From positions 1,472,001 through 1,536,000 of the forward strand of contig CAXXMD010000003.1 of NCBI GenBank assembly GCA_963675755.2: DNA of 64,000 nt, in the 5' to 3' direction. This stretch comes from a bacterium. GTDB taxonomy: Bacteria; Zhuqueibacterota; Zhuqueibacteria; Residuimicrobiales; Krinioviventaceae. The notes under the pieces were generated by a model. That model had not been told where the DNA came from and did not search any database. It saw nothing but the letters and a program-made list of their open reading frames with translations. The number at the start of each line of letters is the position of its first letter. Position 1 is the first letter of the stretch. Shown here piece by piece: positions 1 through 9,480 of the stretch. The position numbers and the translations under genes are program-made.

Positions 1-248
1 AAAATCCTGTGTAAATGATGGGCAGGTTTCCAATCCGATCGAGACTGATCTGTGTAATCGATATCCGGCCAGGTTCCATCAGGTAATAGAGTATTCATAT
101 ATCCTGCAATTAACTGATTATCTGGAGTTGCACTATTATTTAACTGCAGCTCTCTGTATCGTTCAATCACAAGGTCTTTACTGTCTGTAGCATACAAGCT
201 TACAGTAACCATAAAAAAAAGAATTATACTTTTCAGGCTGATTTGCAT
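1..248 (-). CDS. N-terminus of a secreted polysaccharide lyase family 8 (chondroitinase AC/hyaluronate lyase-like) protein, truncated by the window edge
   Basis: Not in the ORF track. Manual translation from ATG at 248 (AGGAG RBS upstream): MQISLKSIILFFMVTVSLYA signal peptide, then LLPDGTWPDIDYTDQSRSDWKPAHHLHR, resembling the PL8 N-terminal DGxWPDIDY motif. Confidence 0.7.
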   Translation of the reverse strand, partial: MQISLKSIILFFMVTVSLYATDSKDLVIERYRELQLNNSATPDNQLIAGYMNTLLPDGTWPDIDYTDQSRSDWKPAHHLHRI

Positions 249-355
249 TAAAATCTCCTATCTGTTCGCGAATGAAAAAGATAAGAGAATATTGGCAGGA
301 ATTCAATCCTTTTATTCAACAGTCCGGTTATGTATGGACTGTCATTTTCGTTACA

Positions 356-616
356 CTACCATTTTTTGCCGTGACAGGAAAAGCAGGATACTCCCACATC
401 TCCCCCTTTGAGATCAGAACCATGACAGGAGACACAGTTCTGTGGAGGATTCGATAGTCCGGTTTTATGCTTAACTCCATCTTTGTTTACTGTATGGTCC
501 GAAGGCGCGTTACCACTGGATACCGGGTCTTTACCACAAGCCGTCAGAAACAGAAAAACAATCATTATCATATACAGTTTTTTTATCATGTTAAACATCC
601 TCATTTTGTAAACCAT
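356..616 (-). CDS. small diheme c-type cytochrome lipoprotein
   Basis: Lipobox FLTA|C and two CxxCH motifs (CVSCH, CFSCH). The true start may be one of the downstream Met codons. Confidence 0.75.
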   Translation of the reverse strand: MVYKMRMFNMIKKLYMIMIVFLFLTACGKDPVSSGNAPSDHTVNKDGVKHKTGLSNPPQNCVSCHGSDLKGGDVGVSCFSCHGKKW

Positions 617-732
617 ATGTATTAAAAGAAATTAATACAGGGATGTTCCTGTGTAATGATCCTGATAACTGAAACTGCATTAAAATGCAACTATATAAAA
701 ATGAATAAAGAAAAAAGGTGTGTAAAGGAAAA

Positions 733-761
733 ACCCTGCATGATAAAAATATATCATGCAG
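733..761 (-). terminator. intrinsic terminator of the DUF2087 gene
   Basis: CCTGCATGATA-N6-TATCATGCAGG hairpin followed by a T run on the minus strand. Confidence 0.6.
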
Positions 762-770
762 GTAAACTTT

Positions 771-1532
771 TTATTCGGGATTACGCCAATACTCGCTGCC
801 GTCACGTTTGCGTTGCAAAAACTTGTAATCTACCAGGTAGCGGCGCAGAGAAATTGGATCATGAAAGAGGCTGCCCAAAATTTCATTAACCTCTTTTTCA
901 CGATAGATTTTACCGGAATTGAACTGCTGAGAAATATAATGAAAAACAATCAGTCTGGATTCCTGCTTGCGGGGAATGAGTTCAAGAAAACCGGATCCAT
1001 CCGGTTTGAAAAATCGTTTTCTGATCTTTTCCTCTTCCTGGGGATTAATCAGCAGTTTTTCCTGCAAAATTGATTTTTCTACAGGGATTTCCATATAATC
1101 CTCCTTGCTTTTATCTCTTTTTTCGAGCAGGTCCATAATAGATAAAAAGAGTTTAGCTTCTTTTTTCCGTTTTCTAAGCTGAAACCGGTGGTTACGGATG
1201 GTCGACGCAGATTTACCGCCCAGTTTCAGTGCGATCTGTTTGTCTGTAAATCCGTCATAGATTAGTTCAAGCAATTCCTGTTGGATATCAGAAAGACCGG
1301 TGTGTTCCTTGCCCAACCCTAGCAATTGGTGAAAAACTTCACCATGCGCCTGCTCTACATGATGCCTGACAGCCCGCTTTGCCGTTAGCCATTTTTCATT
1401 TACCGGGTAAACCATTCCTTTTTCAAAAACAACTGAGCAAAACAAGCACTGATACGTTTTGGTTGTATTGTTAAGAATATAGCCGTTTTTTAAATCGGTT
1501 ATGTCTAAATTTTCAATTAATTTATCTATCAT
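771..1532 (-). CDS. DUF2087-domain protein with N-terminal Zn-finger-like motif and LuxR-type HTH
   Basis: CxxC...HxxxxH motif; LSDIQQELLELIYDGFTDKQIA..STIRNH HTH; C-terminal YREKEVN..LRRYLVDYKFLQRKRDGSEYW typical of DUF2087. Confidence 0.8.
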   Translation of the reverse strand: MIDKLIENLDITDLKNGYILNNTTKTYQCLFCSVVFEKGMVYPVNEKWLTAKRAVRHHVEQAHGEVFHQLLGLGKEHTGLSDIQQELLELIYDGFTDKQIALKLGGKSASTIRNHRFQLRKRKKEAKLFLSIMDLLEKRDKSKEDYMEIPVEKSILQEKLLINPQEEEKIRKRFFKPDGSGFLELIPRKQESRLIVFHYISQQFNSGKIYREKEVNEILGSLFHDPISLRRYLVDYKFLQRKRDGSEYWRNPE

Positions 1533-1662
1533 ATTATAAACAATATATAATATTATCTATTTAAATCCAAACAAAATTTATATTATTGAAAAATAATCTT
1601 GTTGAAATTCAATTGAATTTTATTTATGTTTGATAAAAGACAAAAATCAATCGGCAGGTGTT

Positions 1663-3015
1663 ATGAAAAGACGACAATTTATCAAATCCCTAAGTGTTCC
1701 CGCTGCGGCGGCATTAACCGTTCCTGGTAGTGAAAAGCTATTAGCAGATACCAGTAATGACAATCAAACTGTAACATTGACCAGGCAAATCCCGGTAAAA
1801 TATGATGTGGATATTGCCGTCATTGGCGGTGGTATTGCCGGGGTATCGGCAGCTTGCGCTGCGGCCAAATCCGGTGCCAGCGTTCTACTTGTTGAGCGTT
1901 TTGCCGTAACCGGTGGCATGCTTACCACAGGTGGTGTTGCAAACTTTTGCGGTCAGATGGAAAAACAGGGTGAGGTCTTTGAAACAATTCTCACCAATCT
2001 GCGTCAATTTAACGCCTTGGGAAACGAGACTAAAAAAAGCGTTTTTCATTACGAAATTCTTGCAATAGTATTGCAGGAAATGCTGCTAAAGCGCAATGTA
2101 AAACTGCTGCTTCACACCCGATTTATAGATGTAAATGTAAACGCTAAAGGGCAAATAAAAGAATGCATCATCTGCGGAAAAAGCGGTATACAAGCCATTC
2201 GGGCAAAACAGTTTATCGATTGCTCAGGTGAAGCAGACGTTGCACGCTATGCGGGATTTGAGACGATTAAAGGCGGTCCCAGCGGATACCAGCTGCCCAT
2301 GTCTATGATGTATTTTGTCCGTCATGTAAAACCCGAATTAGCAGAACCGCACCTACCCGACGGCTGGTTGAATCCTGTGCGTACCAAAGACGATTTGCCC
2401 ATGACCAGCATCTGGCCCGACGGTCCCGGTGGAAATTCTATCAAGATCAAGGTCCCCATGTTTGATTCCACAGATACAGAATCCATGACTGCTGCCGAAA
2501 TACAGGGGCGCCGGCGCATGATGGAGGTAATGGATTATCATCAACGGGTAGAAAACAAACCCTGGCGCCTTGATCATTGCAGCCCCATTATTGGTACTCG
2601 TGAAGGCTGTCGTATCAAGGGTGATTATGTGCTGAACGTGGATGACCTGCGTGCTGGTCGTGCGTTTGACGATGGTGTGGCGCGTGGTACTTTTTATCTG
2701 GACGGTCATAAACCCGATGATGACAAACGTACCTACATACTCCCAAAAGACGAATTAGAGGTACCTCCCTATCAGATCCCTTTGCGCAGCCTTATTGCTC
2801 AAGACGGATCAAATCTGATGATGGCAGGACGGTGTTTTTCAGCTGATCAGTTAGCACTGTCATCCGCAAGAGTCAGTACTTCCGGTTCTATGATGGGCCA
2901 GGCTGCCGGCATTACTGCTGCCCTGTGCGTACAGAAAAATTGCAATCCCCGCGATATTGACCCTCTAGATGTCATAAAAATTGTTACCGCTCGCGGAGCA
3001 GATTTAGCGGTATAA
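1663..3015 (+). CDS. Tat-exported FAD-dependent oxidoreductase (FAD_oxidored/HI0933-like)
   Basis: MKRRQFIK twin-arginine signal; DIAVIGGGIAG Rossmann motif; IDCSGEAD; YQIPLRSL..NLMMAGRCFS. Start moved to ATG 1663. Confidence 0.85.
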   Translation: MKRRQFIKSLSVPAAAALTVPGSEKLLADTSNDNQTVTLTRQIPVKYDVDIAVIGGGIAGVSAACAAAKSGASVLLVERFAVTGGMLTTGGVANFCGQMEKQGEVFETILTNLRQFNALGNETKKSVFHYEILAIVLQEMLLKRNVKLLLHTRFIDVNVNAKGQIKECIICGKSGIQAIRAKQFIDCSGEADVARYAGFETIKGGPSGYQLPMSMMYFVRHVKPELAEPHLPDGWLNPVRTKDDLPMTSIWPDGPGGNSIKIKVPMFDSTDTESMTAAEIQGRRRMMEVMDYHQRVENKPWRLDHCSPIIGTREGCRIKGDYVLNVDDLRAGRAFDDGVARGTFYLDGHKPDDDKRTYILPKDELEVPPYQIPLRSLIAQDGSNLMMAGRCFSADQLALSSARVSTSGSMMGQAAGITAALCVQKNCNPRDIDPLDVIKIVTARGADLAV

Positions 3016-3033
3016 GAGAATTTTCATCTTGCA

Positions 3034-3064
3034 TTGTGAGGCAGAATTAATTTCTGTCTCACAA
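3034..3064 (+). terminator. hairpin after the oxidoreductase
   Basis: TTGTGAGGCAGAA-TTAAT-TTCTGTCTCACAA inverted repeat. Confidence 0.5.
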
Positions 3065-3150
3065 AATACTACACCATTTTCAGGAACCCTTTCCGTCTTT
3101 AAAAGTTTAAACCATTATAATTCCATATTATTTACAATCAGGGGAAAAAA

Positions 3151-3660
3151 ATGAAAAACACAATAATTCTTTGTATAGGTACATGTTTACTCGTTTCTAC
3201 CATGGCTTTTTCTGCTCCATTTTCAAAATCATCTAAACTCATAGATGGAAAAAGCGATCTCCGTTTTAGTATTAATGATGATTACAAGGATATAAACCTG
3301 GGTACTTCGGTTGCTTATTTTATCAATAACCAGGTCGCTTTGGGTGGTATAGTAAATATTGATTACTATACCAGAAAAAATTGGGATTATACATTTTATG
3401 GTTTGGGGCCAATCCTCTATTTTTTCTGGGAACGAACACCCAACAAAACTTATCCCTATATCAGTGGCAGTATAACTGTTAACGGTAATTCTAATAACGA
3501 TAATTCATCTACAAACCTAAGCCTTTCCGCGGGTATTGCATATATGCTCAACTCTGCAATAGCCCTGTCTCCGGAATTGTATTTTTCAAATGTTTCTTCA
3601 GATGGATCAGGTGACACAGTTTTTGGAATTCAAATGGGAATTACCGGCTTTTTGAAATAA
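3151..3660 (+). CDS. small outer-membrane beta-barrel protein
   Basis: Signal peptide, alternating amphipathic beta strands (YPYISGSI, AGIAYML), aromatic residue near the C-terminus. Confidence 0.7.
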   Translation: MKNTIILCIGTCLLVSTMAFSAPFSKSSKLIDGKSDLRFSINDDYKDINLGTSVAYFINNQVALGGIVNIDYYTRKNWDYTFYGLGPILYFFWERTPNKTYPYISGSITVNGNSNNDNSSTNLSLSAGIAYMLNSAIALSPELYFSNVSSDGSGDTVFGIQMGITGFLK

Positions 3661-3680
3661 AAACATCCTTTACCCCTTTC

Positions 3681-3723
3681 AAACCGTGGATGAATTATTT
3701 AACCCATTTCATCCACGGTTTTT
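3681..3723 (+). terminator. intrinsic terminator
   Basis: AAACCGTGGATGAA...TTCATCCACGGTTT hairpin followed by a T run. Confidence 0.7.
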
Positions 3724-3822
3724 CTCTATCCCTTTCTGTTTATATTTCTCTCTTTTTTATTTTTCTGTTGCATCCTTTACTTGTAACAATTATACTATAA
3801 TTATTCGTAGAGGAGATAAAAC

Positions 3823-5100
3823 ATGAAACGTTCTTACATACTTTTAATTACTGCTTTAGCTCTGGGACTCACATGGGCGTTACGCGGTCACTTTGGTCAT
3901 GAATACGGCGCCGCCTGGGCCGGTAGTATTGGCGCAATGGCACTGATCATCGCCAGCCGACGTAAAGACTGGCTGCAAAACCTTCCCGCTATTGCCCTGT
4001 TGGCAGGACTTGGCTGGGGTGTTGGCGGTATGATGAGTTACGGCATTGTAGTAGGTTACGGTCGCAGCACAGACTTTTTCAATGCCTGGTACGGTCTGGT
4101 TATGTTGGGCGTGATTGGTGGTTTGTACGGATATATAGGTGGTGGTCTGTTAGGGTTAGGACTGGAAACCCGTAAAGACCACAAGCCCAACTGGGCAACG
4201 TTGATCACTGAAATGGTAGCTATCGGATTGTTGGTATGGGCCATCATTATTTATCAGTTTGAATGGAATATGACTCCTCCCCGTTCAGAAGCATGGGCTA
4301 TGACTCTGGGTGCCGCTCTTGCACTGGCATGGTATTGTCAGCGTAATGGTTTTGGTAACACGTTGGTAGTAGCCGGGTATTCTGCTTTAGGTGCTGGCTT
4401 TGGTTTTGCCTTTGGCAACTTTTTGCAGGTGCTTGGTGCTACATCCGGGATTTCCTTTAACTGGTGGAACGTTATGGAATTTTCACTGGGCTTTTTCGGA
4501 GGTTTGGGTATGGCCTATGGTGTAACCCGACGACAATGGCCGGAAATTCCACCGCTTTCAAAACGGGTTAACATGTGGGCACTAATTGGCATGGTTGGTA
4601 TTCTTCCGGGTATTAATGTTATTCATGCTTTTCACTGGAACCGCCTGGAAAACATGGCAGAACATTTACAGAAAACAGATATTAGCGGCTTTGTTATGGG
4701 TCAACGCATTCTGGGATGGGATATTGTTGTCATCTCTACCATAATAGCGGTTATCCTTTGGAAACGCTATGAAAAACAGACCGAGAAAAATCCCGAATAT
4801 CTCTTTACAATGTTTTTAATTACTTCAATAGCATATATACTAATGAGTCATATTGTTACCGGTTTTTTCTATGGGATGACAGGCTTGAACCATTATTTGT
4901 ATTGGGTTGTCTTGTTCATCACGCTGTTGATTTGGAAAATCAAAGGCAGTTCTAAAATATATGAATTTGAACATTATCCCAAAGAATCAGCTCTGCGCTG
5001 GGGAATTATAATTCCGGTGATAATCGCTATCATTGCCATACTTGCACTGATAGCCATCTCTGTTCATGGAGAGCTTCCCGGTTCACATAACCGGTTTTAA
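3823..5100 (+). CDS. multi-pass Gly-rich integral membrane protein of unknown function
   Basis: About 12 hydrophobic segments; GGAG RBS upstream. Confidence 0.75.
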   Translation: MKRSYILLITALALGLTWALRGHFGHEYGAAWAGSIGAMALIIASRRKDWLQNLPAIALLAGLGWGVGGMMSYGIVVGYGRSTDFFNAWYGLVMLGVIGGLYGYIGGGLLGLGLETRKDHKPNWATLITEMVAIGLLVWAIIIYQFEWNMTPPRSEAWAMTLGAALALAWYCQRNGFGNTLVVAGYSALGAGFGFAFGNFLQVLGATSGISFNWWNVMEFSLGFFGGLGMAYGVTRRQWPEIPPLSKRVNMWALIGMVGILPGINVIHAFHWNRLENMAEHLQKTDISGFVMGQRILGWDIVVISTIIAVILWKRYEKQTEKNPEYLFTMFLITSIAYILMSHIVTGFFYGMTGLNHYLYWVVLFITLLIWKIKGSSKIYEFEHYPKESALRWGIIIPVIIAIIAILALIAISVHGELPGSHNRF

Positions 5101-5220
5101 AATATAAAAATCAGAATATATTGATAAACTTTGAGTGAATGATTTGCCTTTATATGAAGAGTTGAATATCCTTATCATATAAAGGCTGCGCACTCTTGCA
5201 TTTCAACAAGAGGATTTCAA

Positions 5221-6603
5221 ATGGACCGCAGACACTTTATGAAAACTATGGGTGCGGGTCTGGCGATGTCTACCATTCCTGCAATTGCTAAAGCAGCATC
5301 TACTCCTCCAATTAATCGACCCAATATCATTTTCATCATGGCAGATGACCTGGGCTATGGCGATCTGGGTTGCTATGGACAGAAAATGATTCAAACCCCC
5401 AATATTGACAAACTCGCGCAACAGGGCACACGGTTTACCCAGGCGTATGCCGGATCAACAGTATGTGCACCTTCGCGCTGCAGTCTAATGACCGGAAAGC
5501 ATAATGGCCATAACCGTGTCAGAGACAATTTACCTCACGGTGTATTTTTACAGCCGGATGATTTTACCATAGCGGAATTAATGAAACAGGCAGGTTATCG
5601 TACCGGTGGAATCGGCAAGTGGAGCCTGGGGAATCCCGGTTCATGGGGTGTTGCCAACATGCAGGGTTTTGATGATTTCCTGGGCCACCTCAACCAGGAC
5701 CAGGCGCATTTCTACTATCCCGATTACTTGTGGGAGAACGATCAGGTTCGCCTGCTTTTTGGTAACCGAGCTGAAGCCAAAAAAGAGTATACACACGATC
5801 TGTTTACCGAACATGCACTATCTTTTATAGACATACATCAGCAGCACCCGTTTTATCTATACCTGGCTTATACCATTCCGCACTATTCAGATTATCCCGA
5901 CGATACGCCGGAACATTACATCGTTCCCGATGACGCACCTTATACAAACAAAGACTGGCCGCAGATTGAGAAAAACTATGCTGCCATGATCTCACGTATG
6001 GATAAAGATGTGGGTAAAATAATGGAACAGATCAAATCCCTGGGTCTTGAAGAAAACACCCTGATCATATTCACCAGCGATAATGGTCCCTATAACGGCA
6101 GCAGTCTGCACGATGCAGAATTTTTCAGCAGCAACGGTCCACTCAAAGGATATAAACGCGACATGTACGAAGGTGGAATCCGCATCCCCTTTATTGCACG
6201 TTGGAAAAACAAAGTGCCTGCAGGTAAAACATCGGACCAGGTCTTTGCCTTTTGGGATATGCTGCCAACCTTTGCGGAGGTGGTAGGAATTGATCCGCCC
6301 CAAAATATGGACGGCTTTAGCGTACTCCCGGCCCTGCTTGGTAAAGAACAAAAACAACAACACAAATATCTATATTGGGATTATGGTCACGTTCGGGATA
6401 ATTTCATGCAGGCCGTACGTTCAGGAAAATGGAAAGGTATACGACAAAGCGCCCATGCACCACTCGAGTTGTACGATCTGGATAAAGATCTGGGTGAGGA
6501 AAACAACATCGCCTCACAACACCCGGATGTGGTTAAACAGCTTGAAGGATATATGAAAGAAGCGTTGGTGCCGAGTAAGGATTATCCGATTAAAACGCTA
6601 TAA
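5221..6603 (+). CDS. Tat-exported formylglycine-dependent arylsulfatase (S1 family)
   Basis: MDRRHFMK Tat signal; PNIIFIMADDLGYGD; CAPSRCSLMTG (CxPxR); GKW; TSDNGP; YEGGIRIP. Confidence 0.93.
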   Translation: MDRRHFMKTMGAGLAMSTIPAIAKAASTPPINRPNIIFIMADDLGYGDLGCYGQKMIQTPNIDKLAQQGTRFTQAYAGSTVCAPSRCSLMTGKHNGHNRVRDNLPHGVFLQPDDFTIAELMKQAGYRTGGIGKWSLGNPGSWGVANMQGFDDFLGHLNQDQAHFYYPDYLWENDQVRLLFGNRAEAKKEYTHDLFTEHALSFIDIHQQHPFYLYLAYTIPHYSDYPDDTPEHYIVPDDAPYTNKDWPQIEKNYAAMISRMDKDVGKIMEQIKSLGLEENTLIIFTSDNGPYNGSSLHDAEFFSSNGPLKGYKRDMYEGGIRIPFIARWKNKVPAGKTSDQVFAFWDMLPTFAEVVGIDPPQNMDGFSVLPALLGKEQKQQHKYLYWDYGHVRDNFMQAVRSGKWKGIRQSAHAPLELYDLDKDLGEENNIASQHPDVVKQLEGYMKEALVPSKDYPIKTL

Positions 6604-6966
6604 ACGACGGGATATCTTGTTCATGATCCACCATTTGGTATCTATCTTCATCAGTGTGAAATAGACAAGGTATCCAAATTTCTGGTTTTCAATGGTCAAT
6701 TTAACTGATGCTAAATGACCGTCAATATCAATTGAATGAAAATTAGTACTCCATTTCAATTTTTTATCCGCAAATTTAGGATCATACCAGGAAAGATAGG
6801 TGCGCTTGTCTGCAACCTGAAGGTCCCCTTCTTCATCAAGGTAAAATAATTTCCACTGGTCATGCAGGATCTGATCAAATTTATCGGGATCAGATTCTTC
6901 ATGCCCCTTGTGATAAAACGATAATATCACATCCTTTATCAGATCACTTTCAATATCCGGATGCAT
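6598..6966 (-). CDS. NTF2-like / putative lumazine-binding family protein
   Basis: SIDIDGHLASVKL..YFTLMKIDTKWWIMNK pattern; 122 aa. Confidence 0.7.
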   Translation of the reverse strand: MHPDIESDLIKDVILSFYHKGHEESDPDKFDQILHDQWKLFYLDEEGDLQVADKRTYLSWYDPKFADKKLKWSTNFHSIDIDGHLASVKLTIENQKFGYLVYFTLMKIDTKWWIMNKISRRL

Positions 6967-7043
6967 AACAACACCTCACATCTACTAATCTACACTAATT
7001 CTAAATACAAAATAAAAGTGTTTTTCGCAGAAACAGAATACGC

Positions 7044-8387
7044 TTAATTCGTCTGATTTATATAGGGCAACAGTTCCGTTTCACTGGACAAGGATGCATT
7101 CTTGTATTCATTTATTACTATTGCCCGCTTGCCCGATTGTGCCTGAGGAATCACATCCAGATATTCCAGTTTTATATTTGCATTGTATCCCAACAATTCC
7201 TTGTATCGCTTTATCAACAATTCAGAATGATTGAATGCGGGTTTTACCTTCAACTTGACAACATATGTATTTTTACTTTTTTGTATAAACTGAAATTGCA
7301 AGATTCCGCTTTGCAATACAAAGCTTTGATCCACAACCTGATACAATGAAGAGTAATTTATACTTTTTCCACTTGTTGAATATACTGTATCTACTATTCT
7401 ACCATGAATAGATTGGATTTGAGGAATTTCTGAATTGGAATCTTTGCACAATTCCGCGCTGTCTCCCACTTCGTATCTTATTAATGGCATGGCATAAGAA
7501 AACAGATCTGTTACTACTACTCGTCCGGGTTCTCCCGGCTTAACAGGCTCATCAGAATTGAATTTCAATAATTCAAAATAATGGGATACATGATTGACGG
7601 AATAATTCGCATCATGTTTATTTTGGTGTGCAATAATCCCCAGCTCTTGCGAAGAATAGCGGTCTAAAAGCGTACATCCAAAAACAGCTGTTGCTTTTTT
7701 CCTGACCTGGGGTGTCAATTTTTCTGCACTACATACAATTCCCTTTAAATGGAATTGATCCGGGGTATCTCCCATGTTTTTACAATATTCAGCTATATAT
7801 AACAACGGAGTGGGATAACAGACCAAAAACTGGATTTTGGGATCCATTAGATTTTTACGCTGTTCAGCAAGCCACTTTTCATCAATGGTGGTTGGATTAA
7901 TATCCAGAACATTATTGTAAAACTGTTTCCAACGGGATCTTGTCTGAGGTTTAATGTGTGCGTATTTCATACCCAGTTCATATCCGGCCCAATTATTGAA
8001 AAACAAAACTTCTGCAAGTCTCTTTTTATATTTTTCCTGTGTCATATAATATGTAAAAGGCACTCCTGATGAACCGCTTGTTGCGCGTGTAACCAGATCA
8101 GACCGATTGAACAAAGTTGAAAACATATCTTCACCTTGTTCTTTTAATACTTTTTTATCAATCACCGGAAATTCATTCAAAGAGCTAAAATTGGCAAATT
8201 GTTTATAAAACGGTGTGGTTGTACACGCATGATCAAGTATGGCCTCAAGACGATGTTGATTTACTTTTTTGAATGAAACAGGATCATCAAATGCATTTTT
8301 TAATTCATTCAAGTGGTTTCTTATATTTGCACCCCGAATAAAATCAAGCGTCCAGAATGCTCTACTTCGCAAAGCTCTATTAAACAT
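7044..8387 (-). CDS. phenylacetate-CoA ligase-like (CapK family) adenylate-forming enzyme, copy 1
   Basis: TSGSSGVP P-loop, RYSSQE, AMPLIRYEVGD, GR, SGKR motifs. Start placed at ATG 8387 after AAGGA. Confidence 0.85.
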   Translation of the reverse strand: MFNRALRSRAFWTLDFIRGANIRNHLNELKNAFDDPVSFKKVNQHRLEAILDHACTTTPFYKQFANFSSLNEFPVIDKKVLKEQGEDMFSTLFNRSDLVTRATSGSSGVPFTYYMTQEKYKKRLAEVLFFNNWAGYELGMKYAHIKPQTRSRWKQFYNNVLDINPTTIDEKWLAEQRKNLMDPKIQFLVCYPTPLLYIAEYCKNMGDTPDQFHLKGIVCSAEKLTPQVRKKATAVFGCTLLDRYSSQELGIIAHQNKHDANYSVNHVSHYFELLKFNSDEPVKPGEPGRVVVTDLFSYAMPLIRYEVGDSAELCKDSNSEIPQIQSIHGRIVDTVYSTSGKSINYSSLYQVVDQSFVLQSGILQFQFIQKSKNTYVVKLKVKPAFNHSELLIKRYKELLGYNANIKLEYLDVIPQAQSGKRAIVINEYKNASLSSETELLPYINQTN

Positions 8388-8537
8388 GTAGTATTTCCTT
8401 AATATGAGTACGGATAGTAATATAGAATACACACCATATTCGTTAATTATTTCTGAAAATACATTTTATATTACAATTAGCAGTAAAATGCAAAGTGGTT
8501 AATAAAGTAGATTCCCCGAAAACAATAAAAAATAGAT

Positions 8538-9074
8538 TTAGTATAAATCAACTTTTTCTTTAAAAGTCAGGTATTTATTTTCTTGGTTTATTAAAGCTGA
8601 CCATTGTTTTATGATTTCCAAATCAACTTGAAGTTTCTTTGAAACCATGACTGCCTGATCTAGCGTTTGAAGATCATTCCAATAATAATATGCACATAAT
8701 CTATCTCTAACACAATCTGTTGGAGTTAATAATTTCAACTCACCGGTTTCGAATATCATTATATTATAATTAAATATAGCTTCATCACCAATGGACAATG
8801 GTCCTGGTGGAAATTCTACAAAATAGGTTGAATTTTGATGTTTAAAATATCTATTTTCTTTAATAAAATTTAACTTTTTCATTACCTTTTCTAATTGATC
8901 AGTATTTGTAGAAAAATTCTCTATAAAATCAAGATCAAAAGATTGATATCTGTTTTCTGTGTAAATTGAAACACATGCACCTCCGGATAAAATACATTCT
9001 ATTTCATTTTCTCTCAAATGAGATTGAACAAAAGCTGCAAACTCTCCCAATGTCATGTTTTCAATTTTCTTCAT
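8538..9074 (-). CDS. putative nucleotidyltransferase (Pol-beta fold, DUF6036/AbiEii-like), candidate toxin
   Basis: hhSGGAxhxhY...SxDLDF motif; ATGA overlap with the upstream HTH gene. Confidence 0.6.
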   Translation of the reverse strand: MKKIENMTLGEFAAFVQSHLRENEIECILSGGACVSIYTENRYQSFDLDFIENFSTNTDQLEKVMKKLNFIKENRYFKHQNSTYFVEFPPGPLSIGDEAIFNYNIMIFETGELKLLTPTDCVRDRLCAYYYWNDLQTLDQAVMVSKKLQVDLEIIKQWSALINQENKYLTFKEKVDLY

Positions 9075-9400
9075 AATGGTTTATCCTTACGACGAGGACG
9101 TTTACGAACCATCAACAAAGATTCCCTTTCCTGCTCAGGATAAAATTCTAAGGACTTTTCAAAAAGAATTTCAAGTTCTTTTAAAAATGGATATCTGGGA
9201 TTCATCGCATATAATCTGGTTTTACCAACAGTGCGACTAAACAAGATACCTCCGGTTTCAAGACGTTCCAATTGCTTTTGGATTTGATTTACATCCGTAT
9301 GAAAATATCGTGCAATTTCTCTTGCATAACCTTCCTTACGAAAAACCAAATACAACAGAATTCGCTCTCTATTTTTAGACCCCAATAATACTTCTAGCAT
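9071..9400 (-). CDS. winged helix-turn-helix (ArsR-like) regulator, candidate antitoxin
   Basis: RERILLYL..GYAREIARYF..IQKQLERLETGGIL..VGKTRLY wHTH; basic C-terminal tail RKRPRRKDKPL. Confidence 0.8.
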   Translation of the reverse strand: MLEVLLGSKNRERILLYLVFRKEGYAREIARYFHTDVNQIQKQLERLETGGILFSRTVGKTRLYAMNPRYPFLKELEILFEKSLEFYPEQERESLLMVRKRPRRKDKPL

Positions 9401-9403
9401 ATC

Positions 9404-9441
9404 GACCTACTATATAGGTTATATGACCTATTATGTAGGTC
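9404..9441. promoter_or_regulatory. two tandem palindromic operators GACCTA-N5-TAGGTY
   Basis: GACCTActataTAGGTT at 9404-9420 and GACCTAttatgTAGGTC at 9425-9441, 21 bp apart, starting 3 bp upstream of the HTH start codon. Confidence 0.75.
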
Positions 9442-9480
9442 AATATAAACCATTTTTTTCCTTTTTACAAGTTATTTATC

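Noticed and set aside
656-1073. Plus-strand ORFs 656..889 and 756..1073, and similar antisense ORFs throughout the window
   Set aside because: They overlap well-supported genes on the other strand or frame and have no recognisable motifs.
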